Positions 18,148 to 27,043 are shown, numbered from the stretch's first letter. The stretch: 64,000 nucleotides of DNA from a virus (IMGVR_UViG_3300035673_000002:8831-72830); one strand, 5' to 3'. Numbers and translations are program-made. The notes: generated from the sequence alone by a model not told the origin.

Positions 18148-19022
18148 TCGTTGGCCGTGCGCCAGGCCGCTTTCTTGGCCGCCTGGAACGAGGGGGAGCC
18201 CACGCCGCCGGACTGTCCGAGCGGCGCGTTCTTGATGCGGTAGACTTCCTCGATCGAGACGCCGTAAGCGCGGGCGATGTCGGCCGGGTCGCGGCCGTCG
18301 CGCTTGATCTGGATTGCGCTCGTGTCGGCGTCCTGCGCCTGATCGGTGGCATATCCGGCTGCTCGACCGGCCTCGGCCGCGGCGGTGGCGTCGCCATACG
18401 GGCCGTAGCGCACGCCGTCTGCCATGTAGAACCAGCGGCCTCCCACGATCGTGATGGTGGCGCGCGACGCGTCCTTGCCGACGAATTCCTTCCCGACCTT
18501 TTCCGGGATGCCGAGGTCGCTGTTGCCATGGGCGGCCGCCTGCATCGCGCGGCGCTGGGCTTCGCTCACCGGCGGATCGGTCGCCATCGCCTGGTCCCGG
18601 CCTTTGAGCAGACTGTGGATGAGCTTCGCCTCCTGCCCTCCGATTCTGCGGCCGGCGCGGTTCGAGCTTTCGATCGCCTTCTGAACCGCCTCGGCATTGT
18701 AGCGCGATCCCTCCTGGTCCTTGGGCTCGGCGTCGCCGCTGAATTGCCGCACCACTTCGTCCATGGCCGGGCTGAAGCTGTCTCGCCCTCCGACCTTGTA
18801 GGCGTTCTTTTCGAGCCCGTAGATTTCCTCCTTGATGTGGCGGGCGAGGTCGACCGCTGCCTGGTATGCCGGCGACATCGTGCTGTAAGTCCGCATCGTC
18901 GCCTGGGCCTCGGCAAGGCGCCGCTTGGCGTCTGCGAGGTCGCCGCCGGCGTCCTGGGCGAAGCGGTTCGCGGATCGATACTGCAACTCGGCAGTCAGCG
19001 CGTCAGTCTCGGCGGTGGTCAT
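18144..19022 (-). CDS. Mosaic multi-module protein punctuated by A-x-D sites
   Basis: Contains YNAEAVQKAI...IHSLLKGR, PVSEAQRRAM.AAA.G.S.LGIP..VGKEF and C-terminal HTH-like modules. Confidence 0.7.
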   Translation of the reverse strand: MTTAETDALTAELQYRSANRFAQDAGGDLADAKRRLAEAQATMRTYSTMSPAYQAAVDLARHIKEEIYGLEKNAYKVGGRDSFSPAMDEVVRQFSGDAEPKDQEGSRYNAEAVQKAIESSNRAGRRIGGQEAKLIHSLLKGRDQAMATDPPVSEAQRRAMQAAAHGNSDLGIPEKVGKEFVGKDASRATITIVGGRWFYMADGVRYGPYGDATAAAEAGRAAGYATDQAQDADTSAIQIKRDGRDPADIARAYGVSIEEVYRIKNAPLGQSGGVGSPSFQAAKKAAWRTANE

Positions 19023-19216
19023 GGCGTGGCGCTCCCGGGTTGGTGTTCAGCGTCGCGTGCTTTCCCGTCCATGGCGGGAAGCGGGACTTCGATCCAGTGC
19101 GGCGACGTGTGACCGACACACGAGCCGCGCCATGGACACGTCGGGCAATCGCATCCGGTGCGATATTCCCACCGATATCCGGGTCGATCTTTAAGATTTC
19201 GGTCCCGCAAGTTCAT
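19019..19216 (-). CDS. Small Cys-rich protein
   Basis: GCDCPTC....C..H; ATGA overlap with downstream gene. Confidence 0.45.
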   Translation of the reverse strand: MNLRDRNLKDRPGYRWEYRTGCDCPTCPWRGSCVGHTSPHWIEVPLPAMDGKARDAEHQPGSATP

Positions 19217-19373
19217 TACGTCCGCCCGTATCCCCGACACCGCCGGCGGCCGCGGTGGCGCGCTTGTCCATGGCGTTGGCGATCGCATCATGGTGCTTGG
19301 CGAGTTCCTCTGCGCCGGGCTTGCCGCTCTTGCGCAGGAGCTCGGCCTGCTCACGGTGCTGCGCGCTCGTCAT
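19191..19373 (-). CDS. Small helical protein
   Basis: MTSAQHREQAELLRK.. ORF directly after the portal; start uncertain. Confidence 0.45.
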   Translation of the reverse strand: MTSAQHREQAELLRKSGKPGAEELAKHHDAIANAMDKRATAAAGGVGDTGGRNELAGPKS

Positions 19374-22137
19374 CAGGTAGCGCGTCCCAGCCCTCGATGT
19401 CGTCGGGGATGCGTTCGTATCCTTCATCATCGGAAACTCCTGCCTCGGTCTGCTCCATCACCGCGCGCTCGTAGGCCTCGAGCGGGTCGCCGACCTGTTC
19501 CATGTGCATCATCTCAATGATGCGCTCGCGCAGCTTGCCGGTGACCGAGCCAGCCGGAATGTCTGCCTGTTCGAGTTCGGTGTCTAGCGAACGTTCGATA
19601 TCGTCCAACTGCCTCGATGTGTCGGCCGGTGGTTCGTAGCCGACCTTGTATTGCTTTTGGCCGCGCATCTCGGTGTCGATCGACTCGAGCAGGGTGTTGA
19701 CGGTGCTTGTGGCCAAGCCCTCGCCGCGGAAACCGGCATCGCTGATGTAGCCGGCCTCGACCGAGGATTCGCGCGCCTGGTCTAGCTTGTTGCCCTTCGG
19801 CCGGATCAACATGCCGAAGCCCGGAACGAATAGGTTTTTCTTTCCGATGATCTGGCGCAGATCGTTCACGAGCGGATCCTTATCGCTGATCCCTCCGGTG
19901 GCGGCGAGGTGCTCGACGAGAGACCACGAGTCGCTGCTGCGCGCGGCCGGGCCCTTGCCGCTCCGGATGTTCTTGCGGACCGCCGGCGTGATCGCGGCGA
20001 TCTCGGCCTCCGACATCGGCGTGCCGTAGTAGACGCTGGTGGCGCCTTCCTTGACCTTGCGCAGGTTCATGCGCGCGGCCTTGGCCGCCTGGGGCATCGA
20101 TACGCTCGGCCAGCCGGTGGCCTCGAGCACCTGCTTTGCGGTCACGCCGTGCTCGAGCAGGTAGCCGATGAGTTCCTTCTTGGATTTAAACGAATCGACT
20201 TCGCGCTTTTCGCGCACGGGCTCGCCGGCGCCTGCAGTTGCTCCGCCTGGTGATGCGCCGCCGCCGCCTTCGCCGAACTTGCCGTCATCGTCGCGCGGGT
20301 GCTTCGATTCCTCCCAGGCGTCGAGGTTCAACCAGACATCACCGGCGAGTTCGACGATCCTGCCGCCTCGGTGGCCAAAAGGGACGATGCTGTCTTCGGC
20401 CACCTCCCGCCTGCCGTCGCCGGCGTCGGGATCATCACCGCTTTTGACTTCGGCGCCGGCGAGGCCTCCGCCGCCTCCGCCCTTGGGCACCAGGCCGCCC
20501 ATTTCTTCCTCGATTAGATCGGGGGCGTCTTCTGGGTCGAGGCCCGGGTAAAGCGATTCCGGGTCGGCCGCGACGCGCCGGCGTTCTTCCTCCGGCCGGA
20601 TGACTCCGGTGTCGATCAGAACCTGCGCGGTCTCGGCATCGCCCTTGCGCTTCTCGCTCTGCTCTTTTTCGGTGAGCGAAAACAGCGGCAGGAACACAAA
20701 CGTAAGGTCGGGATCGACTTCGCCCCAGAGGCAGCGCTGCGCCATGTAAAACACCGTTCGGAGGTGGTCGCCGAAGAAGCGCTCTTGGTAGGCGGCGATG
20801 GTGTCGTAATAGGTCCGCGTTACGCCCTCGCTGTCAGCATTGAGGCCCTGCGGTTGGATGCCGAGCAGCTTGACGGTCGGGATGCGGCTCACCGTGCACA
20901 TGTGCTCCTGCGACTGCGCCTGCAACTCGTGGAGCCCACCGAGCGGCGCCGATACGTTGCTGAATTCCTCGGTGTCCTTGTCGAGCACCATGGTTCCGTT
21001 GTTGTCTCGGAGGTTGCTGAAGAGCGCGAGGCGCTTAAACAACTGATCGCCGTCGGCCTGCAGCGACGTGCCGAGATTGGTGCCGAGGACCATCACCGAG
21101 AAGGCCTTGATCATGTCGGAGACGCTCTGGCGCGTGCGCAGCCAGTTGTCGACGTAGGGCTTGGCCATCTGCGACATCGATAGGCCGCCGAAGCCGTAGG
21201 CCGGCTTGAGCAGATCGGGCACCTCGCGGCCGACGAACGGAAGCATGCGCGAGACGTGGATTTCGCGCGCCATGCAATACCAGAATTCGGGCTTGTACCA
21301 ATCCTTCGCGAGCGGGTTGGTCGCGTTGTAATTCGTCGGGTAGCACCACTGTGGCTCGACGGTGCGAAGCTCGATTGTGGTGCCCTTGGTGATCTTCGCT
21401 TTGCTGAGATCGTCGCGGCCGTCGCCGATCGGGATTTTCAACTCAGCCGGTCTCTCGTAGCTGCCGTTGACGTCGATGTAGAGGTGCATGCGGCCGAAGT
21501 AGCCGTCCTTTTCCGCGCACTCACGGAACCGGTCCTTGACCTTGAGGCGGTCCATGTAATCGGTGAGCTCGGCGATCTTATCGGTCTTGTCCTCGCCGCC
21601 CTTGGGGCCCTTCGGTGCATCGGGCGCGGCATCGGTGGCGGGATCATCGTCGCCGCGCTCATCGTCGTCCTGGTCCTGCTTTTTGTTTTTCTTGTCGTTG
21701 GGTGCGGTCTTGCCCTGGATGCGGATCCACTTTCGCGTCATCTCGGTCGCGTTGGTTTCGCTAAAGACGCGGTACTCCGGACGCTGCGCCAGCTGGGCCA
21801 GGTAGGCGTAGCCGAGAAACTGCAAGCCTTCGGACCACATGCTCGTGCTGACCTGGGCGAACGCCCAGGTGAGCGAAGTTCCCTCGCCGGCAAACGCATC
21901 GTCCATCGCCATGCCCGTTTCCTTCTCGGGCTTCACGCCCGGCGGGAAGGCGGGCAGCGTGTACGGATTGACGAGCGGCGTCGGCCTCCTGGCGGAGCGC
22001 GAGACGTGCGTGTCGGTCACGAGTTTGCGGGGTTTGGGCGCCTCATCTTCGGCGGCGATCGGCTTTGAGCGCCTGCTTGGTGCCGGCTTCGCCTCGAGCG
22101 CCTGGCGCGGGGTGTTGGGGGCGCGGGTGCGGGGCAT
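19351..22137 (-). CDS. Portal protein (DUF1073 family) with ~300-aa C-terminal extension
   Basis: F.GY..LAQLAQRPEYR, F.G.EVPD.LKPAY.FGG.S..Q, IP..KLLGI.P.GLNA motifs; start at MPRTRAP. Confidence 0.88.
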   Translation of the reverse strand: MPRTRAPNTPRQALEAKPAPSRRSKPIAAEDEAPKPRKLVTDTHVSRSARRPTPLVNPYTLPAFPPGVKPEKETGMAMDDAFAGEGTSLTWAFAQVSTSMWSEGLQFLGYAYLAQLAQRPEYRVFSETNATEMTRKWIRIQGKTAPNDKKNKKQDQDDDERGDDDPATDAAPDAPKGPKGGEDKTDKIAELTDYMDRLKVKDRFRECAEKDGYFGRMHLYIDVNGSYERPAELKIPIGDGRDDLSKAKITKGTTIELRTVEPQWCYPTNYNATNPLAKDWYKPEFWYCMAREIHVSRMLPFVGREVPDLLKPAYGFGGLSMSQMAKPYVDNWLRTRQSVSDMIKAFSVMVLGTNLGTSLQADGDQLFKRLALFSNLRDNNGTMVLDKDTEEFSNVSAPLGGLHELQAQSQEHMCTVSRIPTVKLLGIQPQGLNADSEGVTRTYYDTIAAYQERFFGDHLRTVFYMAQRCLWGEVDPDLTFVFLPLFSLTEKEQSEKRKGDAETAQVLIDTGVIRPEEERRRVAADPESLYPGLDPEDAPDLIEEEMGGLVPKGGGGGGLAGAEVKSGDDPDAGDGRREVAEDSIVPFGHRGGRIVELAGDVWLNLDAWEESKHPRDDDGKFGEGGGGASPGGATAGAGEPVREKREVDSFKSKKELIGYLLEHGVTAKQVLEATGWPSVSMPQAAKAARMNLRKVKEGATSVYYGTPMSEAEIAAITPAVRKNIRSGKGPAARSSDSWSLVEHLAATGGISDKDPLVNDLRQIIGKKNLFVPGFGMLIRPKGNKLDQARESSVEAGYISDAGFRGEGLATSTVNTLLESIDTEMRGQKQYKVGYEPPADTSRQLDDIERSLDTELEQADIPAGSVTGKLRERIIEMMHMEQVGDPLEAYERAVMEQTEAGVSDDEGYERIPDDIEGWDALPDDERAAP

Positions 22138-22139
22138 GG

Positions 22140-22400
22140 TCAGGACCCTCGGCGAGCGAATTGGAGCGCGGCCTTGATCCGATGGAATTCGAATTCGAAG
22201 GAGGCGTGCACGCCTTCGCGGGTGAGCCAGGCATGGCCGCGATCGTGCTCGGCGAGCCCGCGCGCTACGAGACTCTCGCAGCCCTCTTTGCTCTGCATGT
22301 CGGCATCGCTGGTGGGGCCGCCGATGAAAAGTCGCCGCATTGTATCGAGCTCGGCGGCACTGAGTGGTGCGGCAAGGTCCTTGAGATCCATGGCGGTCAC
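22140..22400 (-). CDS. Winged-HTH-like small protein
   Basis: LS.AE.D..RRLF.GGP, LV.RGLA, WLT.EG pattern. Confidence 0.55.
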   Translation of the reverse strand: MTAMDLKDLAAPLSAAELDTMRRLFIGGPTSDADMQSKEGCESLVARGLAEHDRGHAWLTREGVHASFEFEFHRIKAALQFARRGS

Positions 22401-22430
22401 CTCCTGGGCGGCGGGCGGTGGGCGTCGACG

Positions 22431-23819
22431 CTAGTGGCGCCGCATCGATCGCGCAAGGATCGAGTTGGTGATGACGAGCGGCTTGGGCGCGTGGGTCATG
22501 TGCATCACCGCGAGCGCGAGGGCACAAACGCAATCGTCGTGCATGCCCTCGGGGGCACTGTAGCGCACTCCGGTCCTGGTGTGCTCGTATTCGAACGCCT
22601 CGAGTTCGCTCACGATCTCGCCTGGCGGGAACGTGATGCTGTTCGATTGGATGGCCACGGCGAGGCCCTCCATCAGTTTCTGCTTGCTCGCCGGGTTGAA
22701 ATGATAGCCCTCGAACTTGGTGCCGGGCTTGGCCTGCAGGAAGTCGACGATGGGATCGCCGAGGCCGGTCGAATCGACCAGCGCCGGCCTGCTCGCCGTC
22801 ATGCGCACGATGTTGTCGAGGATGGTCGGCCACGGGATGCGCTGGAAGCGCTCAAACTTCGCGGTGTAGCCGACAACATCGAGGCCGATGCCCACGGTGT
22901 AATCCTGGCGCTTGCCGAGGTCCCATCCCCAGACCGCGACGGCCGCGGTGCTCAGATTCGGCACGGTGCACTTGGCAATGTGCTGAATGCCGAAGGGATT
23001 TCCGCCGTCGTCGCTCGGCTCCGCCATGTAGAGTTCGCGAAACGCGTGCTCTGGGATCGTGCCTCGCACGCTGTCGATCTCGCGCTGCTTGAGCACGCCC
23101 GCGGCGACGGCGTCGGGCGCGGTGATCTTGTGGTATCCGAGCTCGAGGTCGCCGGGATTGCGCGCACGTACCTGCTGGGCTCGGCGTGCCAGCTGGTAGA
23201 ACCAGTTCTTTCGGCCCTTGACGTTGCCGATGATGCGCATCGGCCCTTCGGTGGCGCTGACTGTGGTACGCACCGCGTGCCAGGCGCCTTCCTTGAGGCG
23301 GCTCGCCTCGTCGATCACGGCCGCGTGGACGTCGTCGCCGTAGAGGCTATCCGGGCGGTCCGCGCCCTTGAACCAGATGATCGCGCCGTTCATGAGCACG
23401 ATGGTGTGCTTGCCCTTGTGGGCGGTGTACGTGCCCTCCGGCAGGTAGGCCAGCATGCGAGTGAAGGCGATCTCCGCCTGGGCTCCGACGGGCGCCACCC
23501 ACCAGTAATTCCTGCCGCCGCCGCCGCCGAAGAGCGCCTTCTCGATAAGCCAGATGATGCAGCCGACGGTCTTGCCGGCCTTGGTGCTCGCTTCGATGAG
23601 CGAGAGCCTGGCGGGATCGTAGATGGCGTCGAGTTGCTTGCGGTAGAGCCAGGGTCGGACGAATTCGACGATCGTGCTGTGGACGAGCGTTTCAGGACGA
23701 TGTGGGGTCGGGCTCTCGTCCGGCGATGGCGTCGATCGTGACGTGTCCGTTGCCCGATTCGCCGGCGGCGCCTCTTGCGTCGCCCGCATGATCTCCGCCG
23801 TTGTGAGCGGCATTTCCAT
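22431..23819 (-). CDS. terL: Terminase large subunit
   Basis: Walker A ASTKAGKT, Walker B VIDEA, GWDLG and HDDCV.ALAL nuclease motifs; exact start uncertain. Confidence 0.92.
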   Translation of the reverse strand: MEMPLTTAEIMRATQEAPPANRATDTSRSTPSPDESPTPHRPETLVHSTIVEFVRPWLYRKQLDAIYDPARLSLIEASTKAGKTVGCIIWLIEKALFGGGGGRNYWWVAPVGAQAEIAFTRMLAYLPEGTYTAHKGKHTIVLMNGAIIWFKGADRPDSLYGDDVHAAVIDEASRLKEGAWHAVRTTVSATEGPMRIIGNVKGRKNWFYQLARRAQQVRARNPGDLELGYHKITAPDAVAAGVLKQREIDSVRGTIPEHAFRELYMAEPSDDGGNPFGIQHIAKCTVPNLSTAAVAVWGWDLGKRQDYTVGIGLDVVGYTAKFERFQRIPWPTILDNIVRMTASRPALVDSTGLGDPIVDFLQAKPGTKFEGYHFNPASKQKLMEGLAVAIQSNSITFPPGEIVSELEAFEYEHTRTGVRYSAPEGMHDDCVCALALAVMHMTHAPKPLVITNSILARSMRRH

Positions 23820-24231
23820 TCACGGGCCGTCCTGGCTGCTCGGTGGTGCCGAGCTTGAGTTGGAACACGAAGCGATTTTCGATCGTGGTCTGCGGCGCGT
23901 CGCCCACGTGGTCGAGGCGGTTGAGCTTTTGGTAGCCGTACTGGGCGACCTTGTCGAGGCTGTCCATGGTCGAGACGGCGAGCTTGATGTTCTTCTCGTC
24001 GGCGGCGAACACCTCGGGCGATTGCGTCTGCTGTCGATGCGCGAGGATGCCGTAGAGCATCAGGCCGACGTCGACCATCTTCTGCAGGATCTCGTTCTGC
24101 TTGCAAAGCTCCATGCCATTGGGGCCGCCCTTCCAGCGCTTGGCGTTGCCCTGCTTGGAGGCCTCGACCGCGCGCGGGTCGCCGGGCTTGAAGATGCCTT
24201 CGGCGAACGTGGTGGGGGCGGGCGTTGGCAT
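23692..24231 (-). CDS. terS: Probable terminase small subunit
   Basis: Directly upstream of terL; F.PG...KGGPN start, YGY.KL...DH.GD end. Confidence 0.6.
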   Translation of the reverse strand: MPTPAPTTFAEGIFKPGDPRAVEASKQGNAKRWKGGPNGMELCKQNEILQKMVDVGLMLYGILAHRQQTQSPEVFAADEKNIKLAVSTMDSLDKVAQYGYQKLNRLDHVGDAPQTTIENRFVFQLKLGTTEQPGRPVNGNAAHNGGDHAGDARGAAGESGNGHVTIDAIAGREPDPTSS

Positions 24232-24232
24232 T

Positions 24233-24643
24233 TCAGGCGCCCTGGCTCGTTATGCTGCGGAGGAGCAGCTCGGCGGCCTCCGGGTCGAAGTGCGGTACAT
24301 CGCCGTCGCGCAATGCGCGTGCCATCGAGTTGTTCCCGGTGATGAGGGCGTCGATCTGCTCGCGCAGCCTCTGCGGTACCGGCTGCTCGGGCGTGGCGAT
24401 CGCCTCGAGTTCCGACAGCACCTTGCGAAAAGTTACGGCCCGGCCGTCGAGGTAGGCAGCGTAGCGCTCTGTGATGTCGGCCCGCCGGATGTCGGCCCGC
24501 CACGCCTGGTCGGCCTCGGTTGCGGTCGCCTGGTCAGCCGCGTCGAGGATGGCTTGGGCATTCTTGTCCTTGCCGCTCTCCAGCAGCAAGGTCGCGACGC
24601 TGTGCGCGAGAGTGACGAGGAGCCTGCGCTCGAGCGGCGTCAT
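24233..24643 (-). CDS. Hypothetical protein
   Basis: GGAGA RBS, tiles the operon. Confidence 0.55.
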   Translation of the reverse strand: MTPLERRLLVTLAHSVATLLLESGKDKNAQAILDAADQATATEADQAWRADIRRADITERYAAYLDGRAVTFRKVLSELEAIATPEQPVPQRLREQIDALITGNNSMARALRDGDVPHFDPEAAELLLRSITSQGA

Positions 24644-24674
24644 GCGGCTTTCTCCGTGATGGTGTGGGCCAGGG

Positions 24675-25325
24675 TCATTCTCCGGCTCTCATGATGCGGG
24701 CTCGAAACTCCGTGTCTGTCTCGAGCGGCAGCCCGGTCACCGGATCGGGTGCGCGGCCATCCGCGATGACGCGCCGGCACATCGTGTTGTCTTTGAGCAG
24801 GTTCGGCGTGACCTTCTCCATCGCGAGGCGGTATTGCTCCGCGGCCGAGTTATGCGGGCAGTCGGCGTCGCAGGGAGTGCCGTCCACCCACTCGCCGCAT
24901 TTGCTGCATTCGGCGACGGCGTTCACGGCGCCGACCATGGCGCGGCAGTTCGCGCGCTCCTGGGCGAACATGGCGTCGGCGGTGCTTCTCGGCAGGTCCT
25001 CGTAATTGACGTGGTGGACGGTTTGGCCGCGATCGTCGACGATGACGATCCGCTGCAGGTTGTCCTCGTCGATCCGCCAGGGACGGTTCACCGGCATGGG
25101 GGGCGCTCCCTCGTCATGGTTCGCTCCTGCAGTTCGGTCCCTCCGGACGATCTCAGCCTCGAGGCGGAAGGCCTCGCGCGATCGCCGGGCCCAGGTCATC
25201 GATCCGCCGTCGGGTTCCTTGGGGGCGCCGTGCGCCTGGCGCGTGGCCTCGAGGTGGGCCTCGGCCAGTTGCGCGTCGGTGGCCTCGTGGAGACGCTCGA
25301 GGTTGATCTGGTCGCGCCCGGTCAT
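24675..25325 (-). CDS. Hypothetical protein with CxxC...C..DC zinc-like motif
   Basis: ATG overlapping GNAT stop; CSKCGEW..G.PC..DCP. Confidence 0.55.
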   Translation of the reverse strand: MTGRDQINLERLHEATDAQLAEAHLEATRQAHGAPKEPDGGSMTWARRSREAFRLEAEIVRRDRTAGANHDEGAPPMPVNRPWRIDEDNLQRIVIVDDRGQTVHHVNYEDLPRSTADAMFAQERANCRAMVGAVNAVAECSKCGEWVDGTPCDADCPHNSAAEQYRLAMEKVTPNLLKDNTMCRRVIADGRAPDPVTGLPLETDTEFRARIMRAGE

Positions 25326-25807
25326 TGCCGTGGTCCCCCTTCGGCGCCGGCGGGCGCGGCGGTTATGCCCTCGAGGTCGAACACCAGCACGATGCCTTCC
25401 TCGCGCCGGCCCAGGACCTGGGCGGCCGCGCGCATGGCCGTGTTGTCGACGTGCGTGATCGAGCAAATCTTGGCCACCTTGAGTTCCCGGGCCTTCTCGA
25501 CGACGGTGCCCCAGAGGGCCGTGTAGATGCCGCGCCGGCGCCATGGCGGCAGGACGTAGGATTGGTGCACGAAGAGTTCGCGTCGCCACTCGATGTGCGC
25601 CCAGGTGATGACGCCCACGGCCGTGCGCTCTCCGCCGCCTGCCGCACCTGCGAAGCCCACGAAGGCCTGCTGGTCCCACGCGACATTGATCGTGTCCTCG
25701 CCGAGGCCGCGCTCGACGTCCTCGAGCCATCCTCTGGTGGCAAGCACCGCCGCCGGCGTGCGGCTGATCTTGTCGTAATGAACGATCTCGATGAGGTCTT
25801 TGGTCAC
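25322..25807 (-). CDS. GNAT-family N-acetyltransferase
   Basis: Motif A SYVLPPWRRRGIYTAL, then THVDN..M; GTG start. Confidence 0.8.
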   Translation of the reverse strand: MTKDLIEIVHYDKISRTPAAVLATRGWLEDVERGLGEDTINVAWDQQAFVGFAGAAGGGERTAVGVITWAHIEWRRELFVHQSYVLPPWRRRGIYTALWGTVVEKARELKVAKICSITHVDNTAMRAAAQVLGRREEGIVLVFDLEGITAAPAGAEGGPRQ

Positions 25808-26067
25808 TTGGCGTCGTCCCTGATCTCGATGCCGCGACATCCCTTCGGGAGCGGAGCGGGACCGGGATCAAACTCGTTGATCTTCACGGCCGCGCTCGTG
25901 GCGAACGTCACGCCGTCGGGCATGGTGAACGTGCGGACACTATCGTCGATCTCGCAGCGGGGGCGCGGCTCGATAAACACCATCGTATAGGCGGCGACGA
26001 AGCCGGAGAGGGCGAACAGCGCGAGCGCTGAAACGACAACGATCGAGTGCTGTGCATGCGTCATCAT
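25804..26067 (-). CDS. Single-pass membrane protein with two-Cys extracytoplasmic domain
   Basis: IVVVSALALFALSGFVAAY TM segment. Confidence 0.5.
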   Translation of the reverse strand: MMTHAQHSIVVVSALALFALSGFVAAYTMVFIEPRPRCEIDDSVRTFTMPDGVTFATSAAVKINEFDPGPAPLPKGCRGIEIRDDAK

Positions 26068-26378
26068 TTCGGCTTTCCCCATCCTCGCCGGCGGCCGCTG
26101 TCCGGCCGCGCCTGGTGCTCCTGGTCCGCGCTCGCGAAGTCGATGCCCACCATGACGGGGATGCCGGCCCGGAGATAGCTGAGCGCATCCTCGAAATCCG
26201 GGCTCCCGCATAGGCCTGGCGGCGCGGCGGGTTCGCACTCCGGTAGCGGGCCCGGCTGCGCCTGGTCCCGCGGGGTCACGGTGTGCGCGAGCACTTCCTT
26301 GGCTGCTCCGACCTGGTCGAGGCAATCGACGAGCTTCCTGGCCTCGCTGCGGGGCAGGTAGCTGCGGATGTTGTCCAT
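26064..26378 (-). CDS. Hypothetical protein
   Basis: GGAGAG RBS; tiles the operon. Confidence 0.5.
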   Translation of the reverse strand: MDNIRSYLPRSEARKLVDCLDQVGAAKEVLAHTVTPRDQAQPGPLPECEPAAPPGLCGSPDFEDALSYLRAGIPVMVGIDFASADQEHQARPDSGRRRGWGKPK

Positions 26379-26391
26379 GGTGGTCGCTCTC

Positions 26392-26739
26392 CTAAAGCTT
26401 GAAGGCGCCGACCGCCTCAGCGATCGCGTCCGGGTCAACGCCGGGTGGCGCCCGCAGGGTCGCGATCCAGAGCGTGAGGCGCCGGCATATGGGGCATGCG
26501 GCGGGGAGAGCGCCCGCGTCCCACCAGTATTCGGCCTCGCAGCCCATGTGCGTGCATTTGAACGATTGCAGGTTGGCTGTCTCGCGGCCGCCGTACGCGG
26601 CCTCGAACACGCGCTTATGCTCGGGGCCCGAAAGGTAAGCCCGGACGTCGAAGCGAGCGTGCACCGCCCGGTAATACTTCCACTTTTCAACTTCGCTCTG
26701 CCGGCTGTCGGCGATGCAATCCGCCTCGGGGTATTCCAT
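26392..26739 (-). CDS. Zinc-ribbon-like protein
   Basis: C....C and CPIC pairs; first gene of the leftward late block. Confidence 0.55.
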   Translation of the reverse strand: MEYPEADCIADSRQSEVEKWKYYRAVHARFDVRAYLSGPEHKRVFEAAYGGRETANLQSFKCTHMGCEAEYWWDAGALPAACPICRRLTLWIATLRAPPGVDPDAIAEAVGAFKL

Positions 26740-26859
26740 GGTCGGGACTCGCTTCGGTTGTTTCTGGCTCCGGGGATTCGCCGGTGCCGGCGTCGGTCGC
26801 TCAACTCATAGTCCGTCCGGCCCGGGTGTCAACGCCAGGCGCTCGGCGGCGGGTTCCGG

Positions 26860-26875
26860 TGTTTCATGTGAAACG
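26860..26875. promoter_or_regulatory. parS: parS-like palindrome TGTTTCATGTGAAACG
   Basis: 14/16 match to the chromosomal parS consensus TGTTNCACGTGAAACA, in the divergent intergenic region. Confidence 0.6.
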
Positions 26876-26983
26876 GCGCCACTTGGCCGACAGATGGCGG
26901 GCAAATGGCGCTATCTGGCGGGCGGCTTTGGGTCGTGTTGGGTTTAAGTGTTGCGCCTGGGAGACGGCGCTTTTGCCTTTGCG

Positions 26984-27043
26984 AACAAATCGGTACGCGC
27001 ATGAAAATCGTATTTGAATAACTCTGCTGGGTATGGCTACGTG
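26984..27043 (+). promoter_or_regulatory. Early promoter block, copy 1
   Basis: AACAAATCGGTACGCGCATGAAAAT ... TATGGCTACGTG, repeated at 28623-28681. Confidence 0.55.

Noticed and set aside
22138-22833. N-terminal 230 aa of the 1160-aa portal ORF
   Set aside because: Overlaps terL and 22140..22400 in other frames and is low-complexity; the portal more plausibly starts at 22137.
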